From contig SFEX01000001.1 of the NCBI GenBank assembly GCA_004557075.1, forward strand, positions 150,786-214,785: a stretch of DNA of 64,000 nt, written 5' to 3'. Below, piece by piece: positions 60,029-64,000 of this stretch (position 1 is the first letter of the stretch; each line of letters opens with the position of its first letter). Made by a program: the position numbers and the translations under genes. Source of the DNA: Clostridiales bacterium (GTDB lineage: Bacteria; Bacillota; Clostridia; Oscillospirales; Oscillospiraceae). The notes under the pieces were generated by a model that was not told the DNA's origin, did no database searches, and saw only the letters and a program-made list of their open reading frames with translations.

Positions 60029-60034
60029 TTATCC

Positions 60035-60793
60035 TTATGCAAGTTTATTTCTCTGCGCTAATGAGACTATCATTTTCCCATAAAGAGCATCTAATAATGA
60101 TACTTTCCCCGTATCAAGCCAACCAAGCATAAATGCATCTAACGCTTTAACTGTGTCTTCACCAATAAATCCAGCAATTACACTTGTATCGGCTTCGTCT
60201 ATGTAATCAGTTGCGTACATTTTGCAAATTGAACGCCTACCATAGTAGTTAAAAATTGCCCCCATTGTAGTTGCCAAGGTTTCAATATTTGCTGGAAAAT
60301 CTTCTCTGCTTATCAACTCATTCGCAAGATTTCGCGGCATATCGACAAATTCTTTTGCTGTTTTTGTTCCTCCAAAGGTTTCAACTGACTGCTTCATACT
60401 GAAGGAAAACGGCTCAGCAATACTCTTTGCCCCCAACAATTTCATAAAGTCAATCTGAGCTGCATGATATTCTGTATATCCTTTATTTGACATGTGTTTA
60501 AATTTATCCCTTTGTGAATAAACATCGGCATCCCAAATATGAGTGAACTCGTGAAACACCAGATACGCTGCATTCATTTGTGGAAGGGATAATTTTGACC
60601 AAATCTCAAGCGTATGATTACCTGTAGGAATATCGTAAAACGCTGCTGCTGGGGCATCAAATCCTTGCTTCAAAGACTTTTCTAATGTCATTTCCTTTGG
60701 CTTCACATCAAAAGAGGGAAAACTATCTATATCGACAAAGTGCTTGTAATCATCAATACAAGACTGCACAAAATCTGTAATATTCTTTGTCAT
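60035..60793 (-). CDS. Unknown 252-aa protein with HExxH zinc-metallopeptidase motif
   Basis: AGGAGG SD 5 nt before the ATG at 60793. HEFTH at codons 81-85 (nt 60539-60553), with YTEYH about 23 residues downstream (possible third ligand). No signal peptide or TM helix. AT-rich. No named family recognised. Confidence 0.7.
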   Translation of the reverse strand: MTKNITDFVQSCIDDYKHFVDIDSFPSFDVKPKEMTLEKSLKQGFDAPAAAFYDIPTGNHTLEIWSKLSLPQMNAAYLVFHEFTHIWDADVYSQRDKFKHMSNKGYTEYHAAQIDFMKLLGAKSIAEPFSFSMKQSVETFGGTKTAKEFVDMPRNLANELISREDFPANIETLATTMGAIFNYYGRRSICKMYATDYIDEADTSVIAGFIGEDTVKALDAFMLGWLDTGKVSLLDALYGKMIVSLAQRNKLA

Positions 60794-60809
60794 TTTTCCT
60801 CCTTGCAAA

Positions 60810-61442
60810 TCAAGCCGTTGCCTCAAAGATTCTCTTCTGAGCCTTCAAGTAGTTCTGGAGATTGATAATCGTGCCGACAGTTTTTGCATGAGAAGCTCTC
60901 AGTTCATCTTCAGGCAGTTCAACATCATTGTCCTTCGCGAGTTTGATGGTATATTCATAAACACGTCCGACAAGGACTTCCAAATCCTCAGTGGCCAACT
61001 GGATGCTGATTTTTTCGTAGTTCTTATGTTGTTTTAGTTCTTCTAATGCATCCATCGTATTATTGATTATATCTATGTCCATGTTTCCTTCGCGAATTGC
61101 ATCGATATACACTCTCAGAGCAGTTCTGAACTCAGTAACCACCTTGGGCTCATGGTTCTTAACTTTGCTGTATACAAATGCACCAGTACCAACTATTGCT
61201 GCAGCTGCTACCGTAATGATTGTTCCTTTCTTATGCTCTTTAACGAACTGGAGGGCCTTAACACCAATGCCCTGCGCTTCTTCTGCGACCTTCAAATCTA
61301 TAGGTTTCAAGTGTTTTACTATCTGGCCTTTGTTCGGGCCAACAGCATAGCGCACTACGCTCCCGATTCTCCGATATAAACCTGTTGCTAATCCCGTTGC
61401 AATATCATCAGGGATATAAAAAGCATCTTGTACAACTGGCAT
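60810..61442 (-). CDS. Unknown 210-aa single-pass membrane protein
   Basis: GGAGGAG SD. N-terminal domain of about 70 aa (FYIPDDIATGLATGLYRRIGSVVRYAVGPNKGQIVKHLKPI), one hydrophobic helix (TIITVAAAAIVGTGAFVYS), and a charged helical C-terminal half. Lies 16 nt upstream of the HExxH gene, so the two likely form an operon. Confidence 0.7.
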   Translation of the reverse strand: MPVVQDAFYIPDDIATGLATGLYRRIGSVVRYAVGPNKGQIVKHLKPIDLKVAEEAQGIGVKALQFVKEHKKGTIITVAAAAIVGTGAFVYSKVKNHEPKVVTEFRTALRVYIDAIREGNMDIDIINNTMDALEELKQHKNYEKISIQLATEDLEVLVGRVYEYTIKLAKDNDVELPEDELRASHAKTVGTIINLQNYLKAQKRIFEATA

Positions 61443-61549
61443 ATCCTATCTCCTCCGATTTCATGCAGTACCTGAAGTGCCACCCAAGCTCTATTTTCCT
61501 TCATTATACTGTACCTGTCAATATAAAAACAGCACCGGTTCCTGAAAAC

Positions 61550-61598
61550 CGACACCCCTTATCAGACCGACACCCCTTTGACTCCTGCGACACCCCTT
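61550..61598 (-). repeat. Three direct copies of an 11-bp motif (plus strand CGACACCCCTT, coding strand AAGGGGTGTCG) upstream of the orphan operon
   Basis: Exact copies at 61550-61560, 61568-61578 and 61588-61598 (spacing 18 and 20 bp). They sit directly upstream of promoter-like hexamers: minus-strand TTTTCA at 61543-61548, 17 nt spacer, TATATT at 61520-61525. Confidence 0.8.
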
Positions 61599-61601
61599 TG
61601 G

Positions 61602-62234
61602 TCAGGCCGCTGTGCTTTGTATCAAATTTTGCGTCTTAATTTCGTACACACGACCATTGTAGGGCTGCAGCACTTCGACCAGTGTGCGTACCACACAGGA
61701 GGGGGTATAGAATTCGCCAGCCAGCTTACCTTCCTGCTCGGCAAATTTCGATAGGCAGTATTCGTATGTTCTGCCGAGGATATCACGGCTGGATCCTGCA
61801 TCCACCATTTTGATGTTGGTGAACAAGTCAACCACATCGCCCAGACGGCGCTTGTCGAGTTCCGGACGCGCAAAGTTTTTGGGGAGGATATCCTTCAGCC
61901 GCTTATTCTCTTTTTCGATTGCTCGCATGGCATCGTCAATCACTGTGCCGATTTCTGCAGTATGCGCCTTGGAAGCGATAACGCTCCAGCGGGCAGTTTC
62001 AGGAACGAAGAAAATACCCTCGGAGATATACTCATCCACATCTTCCTCGAAGCCATCACCTTCTTCCAACAGCTGCTGATGCTTTTCGTCGAAGCGGTCA
62101 GAAATATATTTCAGGAAAATCAAGCCCAAAACGACGGATTTATATTCGGACGCATCGATGTTGCCGCGCAGCACACACGCAGCATCCCATATCTGTTTTT
62201 CAAAGCCGATATTGGCTGTACTCATATCTGCCAT
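61602..62234 (-). pseudogene. hsdM: Type I restriction-modification methyltransferase subunit M, N-terminal fragment only
   Basis: HsdM_N signature IWDAACVLRGNIDASEYKSVVLGLIFLKYISDRF, then GEFYTP...LQPYNGRVY. Homology stops near 61643, right where motif I (DPxCGSGG) should follow. A 13-codon unrelated tail then reaches the stop. No hsdS or hsdR is present. Confidence 0.8.
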
Positions 62235-62248
62235 GTATTTTCCTCCGT

Positions 62249-63226
62249 TTATTCCTCAAGCATTGCTGCGTGTTCCTTATAATCTGCGATCACCGTGTCG
62301 GGGGACAGCACCTTCATCTGCCCTGCAAACTGGAACAGCCATCCCCAGAACACGGGACTGATCTGTACCTTGACGGTGGCAATGCACTTGTCGCCGGCGC
62401 GGATCATCTTGGTGTCCTCTCCGAACTTATCATACACCACGCCAATCAGCTTATCGTCAAATTCCAGCACCACATCCACCTGCTGGCCTCCGTACATTTT
62501 GAATGCCTGCTCGGTGTAGCTGTCAATGCCTTCCCGCAATGTCAATGCCTTCTCGGAAATCGCTTCGTCCACGATCTCCACATGATCCATTCTGTCCACA
62601 CGGTAGTTGGCGGTACCATCGTGCTTTGCACTGTATACCATGAGATAGTAATTATCATCATTGAACACCAATGCGATGGGTTCCACAACATAGTGGTGAT
62701 GCTCACGGCGGTAAACCTTCTCACCGTTCTCATTCAAATCGTAGTAGTAGAAAATGACCTTTTTCTGCTGCTGGATGGCATCCTCTAAAAATCCAACATT
62801 ATAATATATGGATTCGTTGCTGTGCTTCCGGGTGTTGAAGCACACCATGTTGCTTTTCAGAATGTCCGCTTTATGGCTGCCGCCTAGCGCTGCGATCTTG
62901 TCGATCAGCTCTGCGGTCTTCTTCTCTGTAACGAAGCTGGCTGCCTGTATAGCGTCAATCAGTATTTTCAATTCGGGAACGCTGAAGCTGCGATCCTCGA
63001 TATAGTACCCTTTTTCTTTACCGACCCAGTTCCACATGACCTCGTAACCAAGCTCATTGAGAACAGCGATATCTTTTGTCAGCGTCCTGCGCTCACACGA
63101 AATGCCCATATCGCCAAGCTTGTTGCAAATCTGACTTGTGGAGAGGGGATTCTGCTCATCCGTCTCTTGACGAAGAAGCTCAAGGAGCTTCAGCAGCTTA
63201 TATTTCTGCCAGTTTTCCTGTGCCAT
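62249..63226 (-). CDS. WYL-domain transcriptional regulator (HTH plus WYL plus C-terminal extension; BrxR/CapW-like)
   Basis: Start at MAQENWQKYK (GGAGGTG SD). N-terminal wHTH (STSQICNKLGDMGISCERRTLTKDIAVLNELGY). WYL-type core (YYYDLNENGEKVYRREHHHYVVEPIALVFNDDNYYLMVYS...ANYRVDRM). Confidence 0.8.
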   Translation of the reverse strand: MAQENWQKYKLLKLLELLRQETDEQNPLSTSQICNKLGDMGISCERRTLTKDIAVLNELGYEVMWNWVGKEKGYYIEDRSFSVPELKILIDAIQAASFVTEKKTAELIDKIAALGGSHKADILKSNMVCFNTRKHSNESIYYNVGFLEDAIQQQKKVIFYYYDLNENGEKVYRREHHHYVVEPIALVFNDDNYYLMVYSAKHDGTANYRVDRMDHVEIVDEAISEKALTLREGIDSYTEQAFKMYGGQQVDVVLEFDDKLIGVVYDKFGEDTKMIRAGDKCIATVKVQISPVFWGWLFQFAGQMKVLSPDTVIADYKEHAAMLEE

Positions 63227-63276
63227 TTGCCACCTCCAAGGGTATTCCTTCAAAAAGGTATAAACTATCACCAAAT

Positions 63277-63363
63277 ATTATAGCACAAATCCCGTCGATT
63301 TACAAGGTTTTGCTGTCACTTTTCTGCGACACCTCTGTGCTTTCCCGAATTCAAATCCCGTCG
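63277..63363 (-). promoter_or_regulatory. Promoter of the WYL regulator gene with two direct 12-bp operator-like repeats
   Basis: Minus strand TTGTAA (63300-63305), 17 nt spacer, TATAAT (63277-63282). The repeat CGACGGGATTTG (plus strand CAAATCCCGTCG) occurs at 63286-63297, inside the spacer, and again at 63352-63363. Confidence 0.6.
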
Positions 63364-63530
63364 GGTGCTGTTTTGCCAACTTCTTTGCTGAGCAAAGAAA
63401 CGCAAAAAGTAACACGCCAATCTTACTGCAGAAATGCAAAAAACAGGGGCTGGCGCGGCCTCAATGACCGTTCCAACCCCTGTTTCAGCGGTACTTTCCT
63501 GTATTGAGGGCTATTTTGCCCATGAAAGCA

Positions 63531-63572
63531 TGAAAAAACCCCTCTTGCCTTGGTAGACAAAAGAGGTTTCTT
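63531..63572 (-). terminator. Weak rho-independent terminator after tRNA-Gly
   Basis: CCTCTT ... AAGAGG 6-bp stem with a 14-nt loop, followed by GG-TTTTTT on the minus strand. Confidence 0.45.
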
Positions 63573-63575
63573 TCG

Positions 63576-63651
63576 TGGAGCGGGCAACGAGACTCGAACT
63601 CGCTACCTCCACCTTGGCAAGGTGGCGCTCTACCGGATGAGCTATGCCCGC
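63576..63651 (-). tRNA. tRNA-Gly (anticodon GCC), CCA encoded
   Basis: Manual cloverleaf on the minus strand: acceptor GCGGGCA/TGCCCGC, D arm GCTC/GAGC, anticodon stem CCACC/GGTGG with loop TTGCCAA, T arm GCGAG-TTCGAGT-CTCGT, then T-CCA. Confidence 0.9.
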
Positions 63652-63667
63652 ACAAGGAACGTATTAC

Positions 63668-63695
63668 ATAGTACCACAAATTTTGAATTTGTCAA
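63668..63695 (-). promoter_or_regulatory. Candidate sigma-A promoter of tRNA-Gly
   Basis: Minus strand TTGACA (63690-63695), 16 nt spacer ending in TGG, TACTAT (63668-63673). About 17 nt upstream of the tRNA 5' end. Confidence 0.6.
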
Positions 63696-63750
63696 GCACA
63701 AAATAGGCCGTTCCTTCGCTTTTTCGATAAAAAGCAATATTATTTTACCC

Positions 63751-64000
63751 TCAGTTGAAATCTCCGATATCTCCAAAGCCCTTGCCAAATACGTTTTTCG
63801 CGTCGCTGACAATGAAAAACGCGTTCTCATCTATATTCTTTATGATCTTTCGTATATCGGCGATCTGCGTGCGCTTTATCACGCACAGCAGCACCTGCTT
63901 TTCGTTGTGGGAATATGCGCCCTCGCCCTTTATAATGGTGACGCCGCGGTGCAGCTTATCGGTTATGTCCTTCGCTATCTGCTCCTTATTCTCGCTTATG
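63751..64000 (-). CDS. YitT-family membrane protein, C-terminal DUF2179 domain (5' end lies beyond the window)
   Basis: My own minus-strand translation from 63999 gives ...DKLHRGVTIIKGEGAYSHNEKQVLLCVIKRTQIADIRKIIKNIDENAFFIVSDAKNVFGKGFGD..FN, with the stop at 63751-63753. It is not in the ORF track because no start codon lies inside the window. Confidence 0.7.
   Translation of the reverse strand, partial: ISENKEQIAKDITDKLHRGVTIIKGEGAYSHNEKQVLLCVIKRTQIADIRKIIKNIDENAFFIVSDAKNVFGKGFGDIGDFN

Larger units (their letters stand above)
57339..63575. mobile_element. Decayed, mosaic integrated element / defence island abutting the 3' end of tRNA-Gly
   Basis: Contains a truncated large serine recombinase, a primase P-loop fragment, a truncated hsdM, a WYL regulator and an AT-rich orphan operon. 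There are abrupt composition changes near 60.0 kb and 61.64 kb. Bounded by the yibE/F terminator and the tRNA-Gly 3' end. No clean att duplication found. Confidence 0.55.

Noticed and set aside
61503-61521. Minus-strand TTGACA (61516-61521) and TATAAT (61503-61508) as a promoter pair for the orphan operon
   Set aside because: The two consensus hexamers are only 7 nt apart, so they cannot work together as -35 and -10. The TTTTCA, 17 nt spacer, TATATT pairing is geometrically plausible. TATAAT may act with a weak -35.
61550-61598. Possible mini-CRISPR array
   Set aside because: There are only three 11-bp repeats with 7-9-bp spacers, which is far too short for CRISPR repeats and spacers. No cas genes are present. 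I interpret them as protein-binding sites instead.
63485-63679. 64-aa minus-strand ORF (and 63642-63830)
   Set aside because: It overlaps tRNA-Gly and its promoter and terminator. The translation follows the tRNA sequence, so it is spurious.

Overview
The window looks like a chromosomal segment of an endospore-forming Firmicute of class Clostridia. The taxon is inferred from gene content only. Almost every gene is on the minus strand.

Positions 1 to about 49.4 kb are a tightly packed, conserved housekeeping and sporulation backbone. It contains:
- a complete spoIIIAA-AH operon preceded by a DUF3794/LysM gene
- rsgA-prkC-stp-rlmN-rsmB-fmt-def-priA
- rpoZ-gmk-remA-yicC
- cdaA-cdaR
- a class-V aminotransferase with a DUF3343 partner
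- ispD/ispF, carD, an ispH::S1 fusion and cmk
- an HI0933 flavoprotein, murR, rluB and a dac carboxypeptidase
- ytfI/ytfJ and scpAB
- engB-lon-clpX-clpP-tig
- thrC, yraN-rnhB-rbgA-lepB and rplS with its leader
- a radical-SAM TIGR03960/TIGR03936 pair
- a spoIVFA/spoIVFB-like pair

Positions 49.4 to 63.7 kb are accessory DNA bracketed by tRNA-Pro(CGG) and tRNA-Gly(GCC). This stretch holds an AT-rich orphan gene, a 1,843-aa SLH-anchored surface protein with a PHP-type phosphoesterase core, and a YibE/F membrane protein. It then holds a mosaic, decayed mobile/defence island of about 6.2 kb abutting the 3' end of tRNA-Gly. The island contains two small unknown genes, a primase P-loop fragment and an N-terminally truncated large serine recombinase. 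It also contains an hsdM gene cut off just before its SAM-binding motif and a WYL-domain regulator with operator-like repeats.

The most interesting object is an AT-rich two-gene operon at 60035-61442. It encodes a single-pass membrane protein and an HExxH zinc-peptidase-like protein. It sits exactly where the type I R-M operon is broken. I cannot assign either protein to a named family, and I propose the pair as a candidate undescribed defence or abortive-infection module. I saw no CRISPR array, rRNA or intact transposase.
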